Sequence record: NC_005083.2
DNA: 64,000 nt
Reading direction: 5' to 3' (one strand)
The notes under the pieces are model-generated. The model was not told where the DNA came from and made no database searches. It worked only from the letters and a program-made list of their open reading frames with translations. Positions 32,834 to 45,272 of this stretch are shown here, piece by piece (the stretch's first letter is position 1; every line of letters begins with the position of its first letter). Both the position numbers and the translations under genes were made by a program.

Positions 32834-34186
32834 GTGAAAGGGTATTTCTATCACAGATCGATACGAAAATACGTTCTCTTGATGGGAAACTTGTTCTCTA
32901 ACATATACGTGTCTCGCGGAGACGGGTATAGAAAGGTGCCAATTACAGTTTCATCAAAGGAGCACTTTGTTGCATCTTTGAACAGTCAAGAGCTTAACGG
33001 CGACGGTAGCGTGGCAAATGTAGCTACGCTGCTACCAAGAATTGGCTTGGACATGGTTTCGTGTACGTATGACGCTACTCGAAAGACAAACATTGCAAAT
33101 CGTAAGCTGACACGTGACTTTACGGGAGACCGACCTAAGTCGAACAAGTTGTTTAACCCTGTCCCTTACGACTTCGAATTTGAAGTGAGCGTTTATACGC
33201 GACATCAGGATGATGCATTTCAGATTATAGAACAAATACTACCATACTTTCAACCTCAGTTCAATACAATGATCAAAGAGCTTGATGAAAATGAAGTTGT
33301 GGTAGACCAGCGTGATATTCCGATCATCTTAGAATCGGCTGTTCCTGAGACAACGTTCGAGGGTGCGGCTGGTGATATGAGACACATCGAATGGACGCTT
33401 AACTTGCGAATGAAAGGTTGGCTATATCCGCCTACAAACGCACAGTTTGGTGAAATCAGAACGATTTACCTAAACTTTCAAGATGAAGAACAAACGATCA
33501 TTCACGCAGAGCGCGAAGCGGTTACAAGCTCTTACGACATTCTTTGGAAAGTTCGCTCAGAGGTTGAAGCACTTACTACGTTCGGATGGCGTCATAGCGT
33601 TGATAGTCTATACGGTCTTGTATGGAACACACGTGGCGATATTGTCAGCGATCTTGAAATTGACTGGAATCGTCGATTCAGCATCACAGATGCATTGCAA
33701 ATTGATTGGTCAACACGTTCAAGCGCGAGTTCTGAGCTATTGGTTGATTGGAATATTCGTGATGTCGTCGGTCGAGACTACGATGTTGACTGGTACAACC
33801 GTCAGATCATTGAAAGCACATACGACTCGCCTTGGGGCGTATCACCAATTGCTTCTAATGAACTGGCAATCGACTGGGATACACGTGAGTTTGTTGAACT
33901 CAACACCGACATTCAGTGGTCAGAGGGTGCAATTGCTGAAAGTAGCTTAGATGTTGATTGGAATCGTTCTCAATATGTTGAAGCAGTGTCAGACATAGAT
34001 TGGTCGACTCGCGCAGTCGTAACATCGGTCAATGACATAGATTGGTCAACACGTTCTGAACTATCGGCATCTACTGATATTAACTACAACATGTCTTCAC
34101 AAGTAACAAGCAGCTACGAAATGTACTACCTACCGGGTGAACTTGCTTGGAACTTCACTGACGTGACGTACAACATTGAAAACTAA
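32834..34186 (+). CDS. 15: gp15 tail terminator fused to a C-terminal 14-aa repeat domain
   Basis: YFYHRSIRKYVLLMGNLF, PVPYDF, QIIEQILPYFQP, then about 14 xxxIDWxxR repeats. Confidence 0.92.
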   Translation: MKGYFYHRSIRKYVLLMGNLFSNIYVSRGDGYRKVPITVSSKEHFVASLNSQELNGDGSVANVATLLPRIGLDMVSCTYDATRKTNIANRKLTRDFTGDRPKSNKLFNPVPYDFEFEVSVYTRHQDDAFQIIEQILPYFQPQFNTMIKELDENEVVVDQRDIPIILESAVPETTFEGAAGDMRHIEWTLNLRMKGWLYPPTNAQFGEIRTIYLNFQDEEQTIIHAEREAVTSSYDILWKVRSEVEALTTFGWRHSVDSLYGLVWNTRGDIVSDLEIDWNRRFSITDALQIDWSTRSSASSELLVDWNIRDVVGRDYDVDWYNRQIIESTYDSPWGVSPIASNELAIDWDTREFVELNTDIQWSEGAIAESSLDVDWNRSQYVEAVSDIDWSTRAVVTSVNDIDWSTRSELSASTDINYNMSSQVTSSYEMYYLPGELAWNFTDVTYNIEN

Positions 34187-34240
34187 TACGTATGGTCTTC
34201 TAAATATGAAGACCATCCTTATCTTTTTGGAGAGCTAACA

Positions 34241-34789
34241 ATGCCTATCGTAACAGGTGATTTGAAATTTAAGAAAAGTCTGCACGTAGTTGCAGCGGGA
34301 CCGGGTAACGGCAATACGCATGATCTAGAAATTGATTCACTTGGTGGCGGTATTAGTGCTACTGAATTAGTGTCTGGTGAATTGCACGGTCTTTTTGATG
34401 CTGTGCCGTCAGCGGAAGCAGCATCAGGACGTGTTGAGTATCGTTTGATTTACGTACAGAACACACACGCTACATTGACACTGTATGATGCGAAAGTATT
34501 CATCTTTGCAAATACAGCATCGCCAGATTCAACAATCGAAATCGGTCTGGACCCTGTAGCAGGCAATGGCGTTGACTCGCTGATCTTGCTAGATGATGAA
34601 GTTGACTCAGGTAATGAATTGTCTGCGGTAGTATTCGGTGAACATTCTGATTTCGCATCAGGTCTAGACATCGGTAATCTACAAGCAGGTGAACAACGCG
34701 CCGTTTGGGTTCGTCGTACAATCAGTCCGGGTGCAGCGGCAGCGGCAGAAACTGCAACAATATCATTGCGCGGTGACACTGACGCTTAA
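34241..34789 (+). CDS. Conserved hypothetical virion protein (182 aa)
   Basis: GLFDAVPSAEAASGRVEYRLIYVQN motif; GGAG RBS; located in the late gene block. Confidence 0.8.
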   Translation: MPIVTGDLKFKKSLHVVAAGPGNGNTHDLEIDSLGGGISATELVSGELHGLFDAVPSAEAASGRVEYRLIYVQNTHATLTLYDAKVFIFANTASPDSTIEIGLDPVAGNGVDSLILLDDEVDSGNELSAVVFGEHSDFASGLDIGNLQAGEQRAVWVRRTISPGAAAAAETATISLRGDTDA

Positions 34790-34900
34790 ATGCTTATTTT
34801 AACGCTGTGTGCAGCTCGTACGCAGCGTTTGTCTATTTTATTGAGTGTTTGTACTCATATTATTGAAAAGACGCTCACAGAGCGTTTTAGAGAGGAACGT

Positions 34901-37211
<2,311 letters not shown>

Positions 37212-37212
37212 T

Positions 37213-37220
37213 TATAAATA
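37213..37220 (+). promoter_or_regulatory. Late promoter (gene 18)
   Basis: TATAAATA. Confidence 0.85.
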
Positions 37221-37257
37221 TTGAATGAACAAACAACTTAATGGTAAGGAAAAATAA

Positions 37258-39273
37258 ATGACTCTTTTATCTCCGGGCATCGAAAATAAAGAGATTAACC
37301 TTGCAAGTGCTATCGGTCGTGCGGCTACAGGTCGTGCGGCTATGGTGGGGAAATTTGAGTGGGGTCCAGCTTACAGCATCACTCAGGTAACTTCAGAGTC
37401 TGACTTGGTTACTATTTTCGGTCGTCCAAACGACTATACCGCAGCTTCATTCATGACTGCAAACAACTTCTTGAAGTATGGTAACGATCTGCGTTTGGTT
37501 CGTATCTGTGATGCAACAACTGCACAGAACGCGACTCCACTGTACAACGCAGTTGAATACACCATCGGTGCTTCAAACGGTTGTGTTGTGGGTGATGACA
37601 TTACAATCACTTACTCGGGCGTTGGTGCGCTAACTGCAAAGGGTAAAGTTCTAGAAGTTGACGCTGGTAACAACAACGCTGCATCGAAGATTTTCTTGCC
37701 TTCTGCTGAAATCGTCGCTGCTGCGAAATCTGACGGGAACTACCCGAGTGTGGGTACTATCACACTTCAGCCAACTCAAGGTGACATTGCACTAACAAAC
37801 ATTGAAATTATCGACACGGGTTCAGTTTACTTCCCTAACATCGAGCTTGCTTTTGATGCGTTGACAGCAATCGAAACTGAAGGCGGTGCGCTGAAATACG
37901 CTGATCTAATCGAGAAGCAAGGTTTCCCACGTCTTTCTGCACGCTATGTAGGCGACTTTGGTGATGCAATCTCAGTAGAGATCATCAACTACGCTGATTA
38001 TCAGACTGCATTTGCATTCGCAGCGGGTCACACACTAGGCGACATCGAACTTCCAATCTACCCAGATGGCGGTACACGTTCGATCAACCTATCGAGCTAC
38101 TTCACATTCGGTCCGTCGAACAGCAATCAATACGCTGTAATCGTTCGTGTATCTGGTGAAGTTGAAGAAGCGTTCATCGTTTCGACTAACCCAGGCGACA
38201 AAGACGTAAACGGTCAATCAATCTTCATTGATGAGTACTTTGAAAACAGTGGGTCGGCTTACATCACTGCTATCGCAGAGGGATGGAAAACTGAATCTGG
38301 TGCGTACAACTTCGGTGGTGGCTCAGATGCTAACGCAGGTGCTGACGATTGGATGTTCGGTCTAGACATGCTATCTGACCCAGAAGTGCTTTACACTAAC
38401 CTAGTTATTGCGGGTAACGCGGCGGCTGAAGAAGTTTCAATTGCTTCAACTGTTCAGAAATACGCGATTGACTCAGTTGGTAACGTTCGTCAAGACTGTG
38501 TGGTATTCGTATCTCCGCCTCAGTCACTGATTGTTAACAAGCAAGCAGGTACTGCGGTAGCGAATATTCAAGGCTGGCGTACGGGCATCGACCCTACGAA
38601 TGGTCAAGCAGTAGTTGACAATCTAAACGTAAGCACAACTTACGCAGTGATTGACGGCAACTATAAGTATCAATACGACAAGTACAACGACCGCAATCGC
38701 TGGGTTCCACTAGCAGGTGATATTGCTGGTCTATGTGCGTACACTGATCAAGTATCACAACCTTGGATGTCGCCAGCGGGCTTCAACCGTGGTCAGATCA
38801 AGGGCGTAAACCGTCTAGCAGTAGACTTGCGTCGTGCGCATCGTGATGCACTGTATCAAATCGGTATCAACCCTGTAGTCGGCTTTGCTGGTCAAGGTTT
38901 CGTACTGTACGGTGATAAGACTGCTACACAGCAAGCAAGTGCATTTGACCGCATCAACGTGCGTCGCCTGTTCAACTTGCTGAAGAAAGCAATCTCAGAC
39001 GCTGCTAAGTACCGCCTATTTGAATTGAACGATGAGTTCACACGCTCAAGCTTCAAGTCAGAGATCGACGCTTACTTGACTAACATTCAAGATCTAGGTG
39101 GCGTATACGACTTCCGCGTTGTGTGTGATGAGACTAACAACCCTGGCTCTGTCATCGACAGAAACGAGTTTGTGGCAAGTATCTACGTGAAACCTGCTAA
39201 GTCAATCAACTTCATTACGCTGAACTTCGTAGCAACGTCAACTGACGCTGACTTCGCAGAAATCATCGGTTAA
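37258..39273 (+). CDS. 18: gp18 tail sheath
   Basis: MTLLSPGIENKEINL, FDRINVRRLF, KSINFITLNFVA. Confidence 0.98.
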   Translation: MTLLSPGIENKEINLASAIGRAATGRAAMVGKFEWGPAYSITQVTSESDLVTIFGRPNDYTAASFMTANNFLKYGNDLRLVRICDATTAQNATPLYNAVEYTIGASNGCVVGDDITITYSGVGALTAKGKVLEVDAGNNNAASKIFLPSAEIVAAAKSDGNYPSVGTITLQPTQGDIALTNIEIIDTGSVYFPNIELAFDALTAIETEGGALKYADLIEKQGFPRLSARYVGDFGDAISVEIINYADYQTAFAFAAGHTLGDIELPIYPDGGTRSINLSSYFTFGPSNSNQYAVIVRVSGEVEEAFIVSTNPGDKDVNGQSIFIDEYFENSGSAYITAIAEGWKTESGAYNFGGGSDANAGADDWMFGLDMLSDPEVLYTNLVIAGNAAAEEVSIASTVQKYAIDSVGNVRQDCVVFVSPPQSLIVNKQAGTAVANIQGWRTGIDPTNGQAVVDNLNVSTTYAVIDGNYKYQYDKYNDRNRWVPLAGDIAGLCAYTDQVSQPWMSPAGFNRGQIKGVNRLAVDLRRAHRDALYQIGINPVVGFAGQGFVLYGDKTATQQASAFDRINVRRLFNLLKKAISDAAKYRLFELNDEFTRSSFKSEIDAYLTNIQDLGGVYDFRVVCDETNNPGSVIDRNEFVASIYVKPAKSINFITLNFVATSTDADFAEIIG

Positions 39274-39283
39274 GAGCAATCAC

Positions 39284-39303
39284 GAGGGGCTAAAAAGCCC
39301 CTC
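39284..39303 (+). terminator. Hairpin after gene 18, abutting a CTAAATA late-type promoter for gene 19
   Basis: GAGGGGC-TAAAAA-GCCCCTC; weak T tract. Confidence 0.5.
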
Positions 39304-39323
39304 TAAATAAAAGGTAAGAGAAA

Positions 39324-39824
39324 ATGGCACTTAATGTAGACAACATTAAAAGAGCTTTCAGCAACGGTGATTTCGCTCGTCCTAACTTGTTCGAAGTTGA
39401 GATTCCGTATCTGGGACAGAACTTTAAATTTCAATGTCGCGCCTCTTCAATGCCGCCGGGCAGTGTTGAGAAAGTGGAAGTTTCATATCAAAACCGTAAG
39501 TACAACATTGCGGGCGACCGTACGTTCGACGATTGGAACGTTACTGTGTACAACGATGAAACTCACGACATTCGCAAAGCAATTATGGCATGGCAAGCTC
39601 GTGCTGTAGGCTTAGGCAAAGACATTTCAGGTGAAACGCCTGATCAGTACAAACGTACTGGTACAATCACACAGTTAGACCGTAACGGTGATCCGACTAC
39701 TTCGGCAACTGTATACGGAATTTTCCCGACTGTGGTGGGTGAAGTTGCGCTTGACTGGGATTCAAACAACGAAATCGAAACGTTTGAAGTAACATTCAGC
39801 CTTGATTACTTCACATTAGATTAA
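39324..39824 (+). CDS. 19: gp19 tail tube
   Basis: GDFARPNLFEV, GDRTFDDWNVTVYND motifs. Confidence 0.97.
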   Translation: MALNVDNIKRAFSNGDFARPNLFEVEIPYLGQNFKFQCRASSMPPGSVEKVEVSYQNRKYNIAGDRTFDDWNVTVYNDETHDIRKAIMAWQARAVGLGKDISGETPDQYKRTGTITQLDRNGDPTTSATVYGIFPTVVGEVALDWDSNNEIETFEVTFSLDYFTLD

Positions 39825-39863
39825 GAACAATAGGGGCGTTCAGCCCCTTTATTGAGGTAAAAT

Positions 39864-41411
39864 ATGTTAGAGTTTATGAAATTCTGGACAAAAGAAGAAG
39901 AGCAGGACATTCAAAAAATCGAGAAAAACCCTGTCCGTTCGTTTTCTGCGCCAGATAACGTAGATGGTGCTAAAGAGATTCATACTAACTTATTAGCACC
40001 TCAACTTGGTCATGCAATTATCCCGTCGGATGCTCAATCTGAAGGGACGATTCCAGTTAAGGAACTAATCAAGAGCTATCGTGCTCTAGCAGAATATCAC
40101 GAAGTCGATGATGCGATTCAAGAAATCGTCGATGAAGCAATCGTTTATGAAAACGATAAAGAAGTTGTGTGGTTGAACTTAGACAACACCGACTTTTCAG
40201 AAAATATCAAAGCTAAGATCAATGAAGAATTCGACCGCGTTGTAAGCTTGCTTCAAATGCGTAAACATGGTTACAAGTGGTTTAGAAAGTGGTATGTTGA
40301 CTCTCGAATCTATTTCCACAAAATCTTAGACAAAGATAACAACATTATCGAATTGCGCCCGCTAAACCCGATGAAAATGGAGCTAGTGCGCGAGATTCAG
40401 AAAGAAACTATTGATGGCGTAGAAGTTGTAAAAGGAACGCTTGAGTATTACGTTTACAAGCAGTCTGACTACAAAATGCCGTCATGGATGAGCGCAACAA
40501 ACCGTGCTCAGACATCATTCAGAATTCCAAAAGATGCAATTGTTTTCGCTCACAGCGGATTAATGCGCGGTTGTGCCGATGACCCGTACATTATCGGTTA
40601 TCTTGATCGTGCTATCAAGCCTGCAAACCAGTTGAAAATGCTAGAAGATGCGTTGGTAATCTATCGTCTAGCACGTGCGCCCGAGCGTCGCGTATTCTAT
40701 GTTGACGTTGGTAACTTGCCGACTCAGAAAGCACAGCAATACGTAAATGGTATCATGCAAAACGTTAAAAATCGCGTTGTGTACGACACACAGACTGGTC
40801 AAGTTAAAAATACGACTAATGCAATGTCGATGCTTGAAGACTACTACCTACCACGCCGAGAAGGTTCGAAGGGTACTGAGGTAAGCACACTACCTGGCGG
40901 TCAGTCGCTTGGAGACATCGAAGACGTATTGTACTTCAACCGTAAGTTGTATAAAGCAATGCGAATTCCGACATCACGTGCAGCGTCTGAAGATCAGACG
41001 GGCGGTATTAACTTCGGTCAGGGTGCAGAAATCACACGTGACGAATTGAAGTTTACTAAATTCGTGAAGCGTTTGCAAACAAAATTCGAAACTGTAATTA
41101 CCGATCCGCTTAAACATCAGTTGATTGTAAATAATATCATAACTGAAGAAGAGTGGGATGCTAATCATGAAAAACTTTACGTTGTATTCAACCAAGACTC
41201 ATATTTTGAAGAGGCTAAGGAATTAGAGATTCTAAATAGTCGTATGAACGCAATGCGTGACATTCAAGATTATGCTGGGAAATATTACAGTCATAAATAC
41301 ATTCAGAAAAACATTTTACGTTTGTCTGACGATCAGATCACTGCAATGCAGAGCGAAATTGATGAAGAAGAGACAAACCCACGATTCCAACAAGACGATC
41401 AAGGATTTTAG
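39864..41411 (+). CDS. 20: gp20 portal
   Basis: YRLARAPERRVFYVDVGNLP, EDYYLPRREG, EITRDELKF. Confidence 0.98.
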   Translation: MLEFMKFWTKEEEQDIQKIEKNPVRSFSAPDNVDGAKEIHTNLLAPQLGHAIIPSDAQSEGTIPVKELIKSYRALAEYHEVDDAIQEIVDEAIVYENDKEVVWLNLDNTDFSENIKAKINEEFDRVVSLLQMRKHGYKWFRKWYVDSRIYFHKILDKDNNIIELRPLNPMKMELVREIQKETIDGVEVVKGTLEYYVYKQSDYKMPSWMSATNRAQTSFRIPKDAIVFAHSGLMRGCADDPYIIGYLDRAIKPANQLKMLEDALVIYRLARAPERRVFYVDVGNLPTQKAQQYVNGIMQNVKNRVVYDTQTGQVKNTTNAMSMLEDYYLPRREGSKGTEVSTLPGGQSLGDIEDVLYFNRKLYKAMRIPTSRAASEDQTGGINFGQGAEITRDELKFTKFVKRLQTKFETVITDPLKHQLIVNNIITEEEWDANHEKLYVVFNQDSYFEEAKELEILNSRMNAMRDIQDYAGKYYSHKYIQKNILRLSDDQITAMQSEIDEEETNPRFQQDDQGF

Positions 41412-41423
41412 AGGTAGCAGATT

Positions 41424-41591
41424 ATGAGCTTAGAAACAATGGTAGCAGCGGCACGCGACGGTAAACTAGCAGATTTTGAAGCGCAATTCCGCCAAGAAAT
41501 CGGGCAACGTGTAGCGGCTCGCATTGACGACATGAAGCAAGAGCTTGGTCGCTCAATCAAAGTAGACGGTGAAATCAATCAGGAGGACTAA
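41424..41591 (+). CDS. 67: gp67 prohead core protein (55 aa)
   Basis: Manual translation MSLETMVAAARDGKLADFEAQFRQEIGQRVAARIDDMKQELGRSIKVDGEINQED; GAGG RBS; between 20 and 68. Confidence 0.85.
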   Translation: MSLETMVAAARDGKLADFEAQFRQEIGQRVAARIDDMKQELGRSIKVDGEINQED

Positions 41592-42082
41592 TGAAGTTCA
41601 TTTCCGAAGCCGTACAAGAGAAAATGGTTGAAGACTTGGTTGAAGCAGTACTTGGCGGTCATCTTGATCGTCAAGATATTAGCGACACAATCAAGGCGTT
41701 CGCCGAAGCTGAAGACATCGGCGTACACAGCAATAAAGACATCACAGATGAAGTCAATGTTGTTCTTGACGTGCTGAGTTCTCTTGAAAACGGATTAACA
41801 TTTGAAGAAGCATGTGCAGAGTTCAATCTGTCTGAAAAACTGGTTAAGCAAGTATCGGTAGCTAATCAGAAAGCGGGCGGGCCTCTGATCTCTAAGCGCA
41901 TCGACCGAAAAACTGCCTCACGAAAAGCGACGCAGACAACTGGTCTAAGTAAATCGAAGAGACAAAAAACGGCTCGCAAAGCAGCTAAAACGCGCAGACG
42001 CCAAAAGGGCACAAGTGCAGAGCGAAAAGCTAATAAGTTGCGTAAAAAGTCGCTGAAGAAGCGTAAGCAAATGGGGCTTTAA
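41591..42082 (+). CDS. 68: gp68 prohead core protein
   Basis: Acidic N-terminal half and basic C-terminus RKAAKTRRR...KKSLKKRKQMGL. Confidence 0.9.
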   Translation: MKFISEAVQEKMVEDLVEAVLGGHLDRQDISDTIKAFAEAEDIGVHSNKDITDEVNVVLDVLSSLENGLTFEEACAEFNLSEKLVKQVSVANQKAGGPLISKRIDRKTASRKATQTTGLSKSKRQKTARKAAKTRRRQKGTSAERKANKLRKKSLKKRKQMGL

Positions 42083-42084
42083 TT

Positions 42085-42726
42085 ATGGAATTACAACTCT
42101 TAATTGAAGACTGGGGCGTATCGAGCTATGCAACTGCTGAGACTGGCGAAAAGCCGCTTGTTGAAGCGAAAATGCCCGCTGAAAAAGGCGGCGACTTGTA
42201 CATTGAGGGTATTTTCATGCAATCGAATGTCGTGAACCGTAATGGTCGCAGATATCCGAAAAAAGTCATGGAAAATGCCGTATCTAAATACATTCAAGAG
42301 CAAGTCAAGACGAATCAAGCGTTGGGCGAGCTTAATCACCCTAGCCGTTCGAACGTCGATCCTGCTGAAGCTGCAATTCGTATCACTGAGTTGTGGTGGG
42401 ATGGCGATAACGTAATGGGAAAAGCAATCGTACTAAATACTCCGAAGGGACAAATCGTACGCGGTCTAATCGAAGGCGGTTGGGTTCCGGGCGTAAGTTC
42501 ACGAGGTCTTGGTTCAGTTAAGCAAGTTGACGGGATCAACGAAGTACAAGACTTTCGTCTTACAGTTGGTGTAGATGTAGTGTGGGGTCCGAGTGCGCCT
42601 GCTGCATACGTTAAGCCAGTAACTGAGTCAAATGAAGCTGCTAAATCAGTAAAAACAGAAGAAATTACAGAAAGTAATGACGCTGAGTTTGCGAAACTAG
42701 CGGAAACGTTAAAAACTCTCTTATAA
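42085..42726 (+). CDS. 21: gp21 prohead protease
   Basis: LYIEGIFMQ, GELNHP, GVSSRGLGS, DVVWGPSAPAA. Confidence 0.98.
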   Translation: MELQLLIEDWGVSSYATAETGEKPLVEAKMPAEKGGDLYIEGIFMQSNVVNRNGRRYPKKVMENAVSKYIQEQVKTNQALGELNHPSRSNVDPAEAAIRITELWWDGDNVMGKAIVLNTPKGQIVRGLIEGGWVPGVSSRGLGSVKQVDGINEVQDFRLTVGVDVVWGPSAPAAYVKPVTESNEAAKSVKTEEITESNDAEFAKLAETLKTLL

Positions 42727-42729
42727 ATA
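42722..42729 (+). promoter_or_regulatory. Late promoter (gene 22)
   Basis: TATAAATA. Confidence 0.8.
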
Positions 42730-42758
42730 TATAAAACATATTTAAGGAATTGAAGAAG

Positions 42759-43601
42759 ATGCAAATCAAAGAGCAACTACTTGAAGCGGTATCAAAAGAC
42801 GATACTAAAATCACTACTGCTTTGGATGGCATTTTTGAATCAGTTGAACTTTCCGAAGATGTTCGTAATAAGTTCAGCACTGTTTTCGAAAGTGTAATCA
42901 AGACTAAAGCCGTTGAGCTTGCTGAAGCACATATTGCTGAAGCTGCTGAAAAGGCTGAAGCAGTAATCAACGAACACAAAGAAGAGCTAAATGAAGCTGC
43001 TGAAAAATACGGCGAACATCTAGCAGAGCAAATGGCGAACAAACTTGATTCATACCTAGATCACGTTGTTGAAGCTTGGATGGCTGAAAACAAACTAGCG
43101 GTTGAAAATGGTCTGAAAGTTTCTATGTTCGACGGCTTGATGGAAGGCATGAAAAATGTATTCATCGAGAACAACGTTCACTGCCCAGACGAGAAGATCG
43201 ACATGATCGAAGCTCTTGAAGAAAACATTCAAGATCTTGAAAGCCGTCTAGACGCAGTTATCGTCGAAAACCGCCAACACAAAGAATACGCTAACTACGT
43301 AGAGAAAAACATCATCATCGAGCGCGTGACTGCTGGTATGGCTGAATCTCAAAAAGAGAAAGTTGCTGACCTAGCCGAGTCAATCCGCTTCGACGAGAAC
43401 TTTGAAGACAATCTAAATAGTGTTATCAAGTTCGCTTCTGGTATCAAGCTTGCTGAAAAAGAAGATATGGAAGATGACAAGAAGCCGGCTGAGAAAAAAG
43501 ACGGTGAAGACGACGCTGAGAAGAAAGACGACAAAGAAATGAAAGAATCCGCAGTACCATCTATGGCTGCATACTTGAAAGCTGCTCGTACTACTCGATA
43601 A
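42759..43601 (+). CDS. 22: gp22 prohead scaffold
   Basis: LDSYLDHVVEAWMAENKLAVENGLK motif; ATG at 42759 preferred for RBS spacing. Confidence 0.93.
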   Translation: MQIKEQLLEAVSKDDTKITTALDGIFESVELSEDVRNKFSTVFESVIKTKAVELAEAHIAEAAEKAEAVINEHKEELNEAAEKYGEHLAEQMANKLDSYLDHVVEAWMAENKLAVENGLKVSMFDGLMEGMKNVFIENNVHCPDEKIDMIEALEENIQDLESRLDAVIVENRQHKEYANYVEKNIIIERVTAGMAESQKEKVADLAESIRFDENFEDNLNSVIKFASGIKLAEKEDMEDDKKPAEKKDGEDDAEKKDDKEMKESAVPSMAAYLKAARTTR

Positions 43602-43625
43602 GCAATAAAACGTGATTTCACGTTA

Positions 43626-43633
43626 TATAAATA
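43626..43633 (+). promoter_or_regulatory. Late promoter (gene 23)
   Basis: TATAAATA. Confidence 0.85.
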
Positions 43634-43671
43634 CTTTTGTAAATTTTAGAATTAATTAAGGAATCATTCAA

Positions 43672-45216
43672 ATGAACCTAACTGAAAAATGGAAAGACTT
43701 GCTTGAAGCAGAAGGTGCGGATATGCCAGAGATTGCAACTGCAACTAAGCAAAAAATCATGTCGAAAATCTTTGAAAACCAAGATCGCGACATCAACAAC
43801 GATCCGATGTATCGTGACCCGCAACTTGTTGAAGCATTCAATGCTGGTCTTAACGAAGCTGTAGTTAACGGCGACCACGGTTACGATCCTGCGAATATCG
43901 CACAAGGCGTTACTACTGGTGCAGTAACTAACATCGGTCCTACCGTAATGGGTATGGTACGTCGTGCTATTCCACAGCTTATCGCTTTCGATATTGCTGG
44001 TGTCCAGCCAATGACTGGTCCAACTAGCCAAGTATTCACACTTCGCTCAGTATACGGTAAAGATCCTCTAACTGGCGCAGAAGCATTCCATCCGACTCGT
44101 CAAGCTGACGCTTCGTTCTCTGGTCAAGCTGCTGCATCGACGATTGCAGACTTCCCAACTACTGGTGCTGCAACTGACGGTACTCCGTACAAAGCTGAAG
44201 TAACTACTTCTGGTGGCGACGTTTCAATGCGTTACTTCCTAGCACTAGGCGCTGTTACTCTAGCAGTAGCTGGTCAAATGACTGCAACTGAATACACTGA
44301 CGGTGTTGCGGGTGGTCTGCTTGTTGAAATCGACGCTGGTATGGCAACTTCTCAGGCTGAACTACAAGAGAACTTCAACGGTTCAAGCAACAACGAGTGG
44401 AACGAAATGTCATTCCGCATCGACAAACAAGTTGTTGAAGCGAAATCTCGTCAATTGAAAGCTCAATACTCAATCGAGCTTGCGCAAGACCTACGTGCTG
44501 TACACGGTCTAGACGCTGACGCTGAACTGAGCGGTATCCTAGCTAACGAAGTAATGGTTGAACTGAACCGTGAAATCGTTAACCTAGTTAACTCTCAAGC
44601 TCAAATCGGTAAGTCTGGCTGGACTCAAGGCGCAGGTGCTGCTGGTGTGTTTGACTTCTCAGACGCAGTAGACGTGAAAGGCGCTCGTTGGGCTGGTGAA
44701 GCTTACAAAGCTCTATTGATCCAAATCGAAAAAGAAGCGAACGAAATCGGTCGTCAAACTGGTCGTGGTAACGGTAACTTCATCATTGCATCACGCAACG
44801 TAGTTTCTGCACTATCAATGACTGATACTCTTGTTGGTCCTGCTGCACAAGGTATGCAAGACGGTTCAATGAACACTGACACTAACCAAACTGTGTTCGC
44901 GGGTGTTCTAGGCGGTCGCTTCAAAGTGTACATCGACCAATACGCAGTGAACGATTATTTCACAGTTGGTTTCAAAGGTTCTACTGAAATGGACGCTGGT
45001 GTGTTCTACTCACCTTACGTACCGCTGACTCCACTACGTGGTTCAGACAGCAAGAACTTCCAGCCAGTAATCGGGTTCAAGACTCGTTACGGTGTGCAAG
45101 TTAACCCATTCGCAGATCCAACTGCTTCGGCAACTAAAGTTGGTAACGGTGCTCCAGTCGCTGCATCAATGGGCAAAAACGCTTACTTCCGTCGCGTATT
45201 CGTTAAGGGTCTGTAA
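43672..45216 (+). CDS. 23: gp23 major capsid protein
   Basis: MVRRAIPQLIAFDIAGVQPM, SRQLKAQYSIELAQDLRAVHGLDA, GFKTRYG. Confidence 0.99.
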   Translation: MNLTEKWKDLLEAEGADMPEIATATKQKIMSKIFENQDRDINNDPMYRDPQLVEAFNAGLNEAVVNGDHGYDPANIAQGVTTGAVTNIGPTVMGMVRRAIPQLIAFDIAGVQPMTGPTSQVFTLRSVYGKDPLTGAEAFHPTRQADASFSGQAAASTIADFPTTGAATDGTPYKAEVTTSGGDVSMRYFLALGAVTLAVAGQMTATEYTDGVAGGLLVEIDAGMATSQAELQENFNGSSNNEWNEMSFRIDKQVVEAKSRQLKAQYSIELAQDLRAVHGLDADAELSGILANEVMVELNREIVNLVNSQAQIGKSGWTQGAGAAGVFDFSDAVDVKGARWAGEAYKALLIQIEKEANEIGRQTGRGNGNFIIASRNVVSALSMTDTLVGPAAQGMQDGSMNTDTNQTVFAGVLGGRFKVYIDQYAVNDYFTVGFKGSTEMDAGVFYSPYVPLTPLRGSDSKNFQPVIGFKTRYGVQVNPFADPTASATKVGNGAPVAASMGKNAYFRRVFVKGL

Positions 45217-45245
45217 TAGACTCTTAATTGAAACAGACAACAAAG

Positions 45246-45268
45246 GGGACTCTTCGGAGTCCCTTTTT
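45246..45268 (+). terminator. UUCG-loop terminator after gene 23
   Basis: GGGACTC-TTCG-GAGTCCC-TTTTT. Confidence 0.92.
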
Positions 45269-45272
45269 GCGT

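Noticed and set aside
33483-33950. 155-aa alternative-frame ORF over the gp15 repeat region
   Set aside because: No RBS; stop-free by chance in the repeat-coding region; the main frame explains the periodicity.
34790-34900. N-terminal extension of gp16 in the ORF track
   Set aside because: The ATG at 34901 has a strong GAGG RBS and gives a typical small-terminase length; the upstream sequence is hairpin-rich non-coding DNA.
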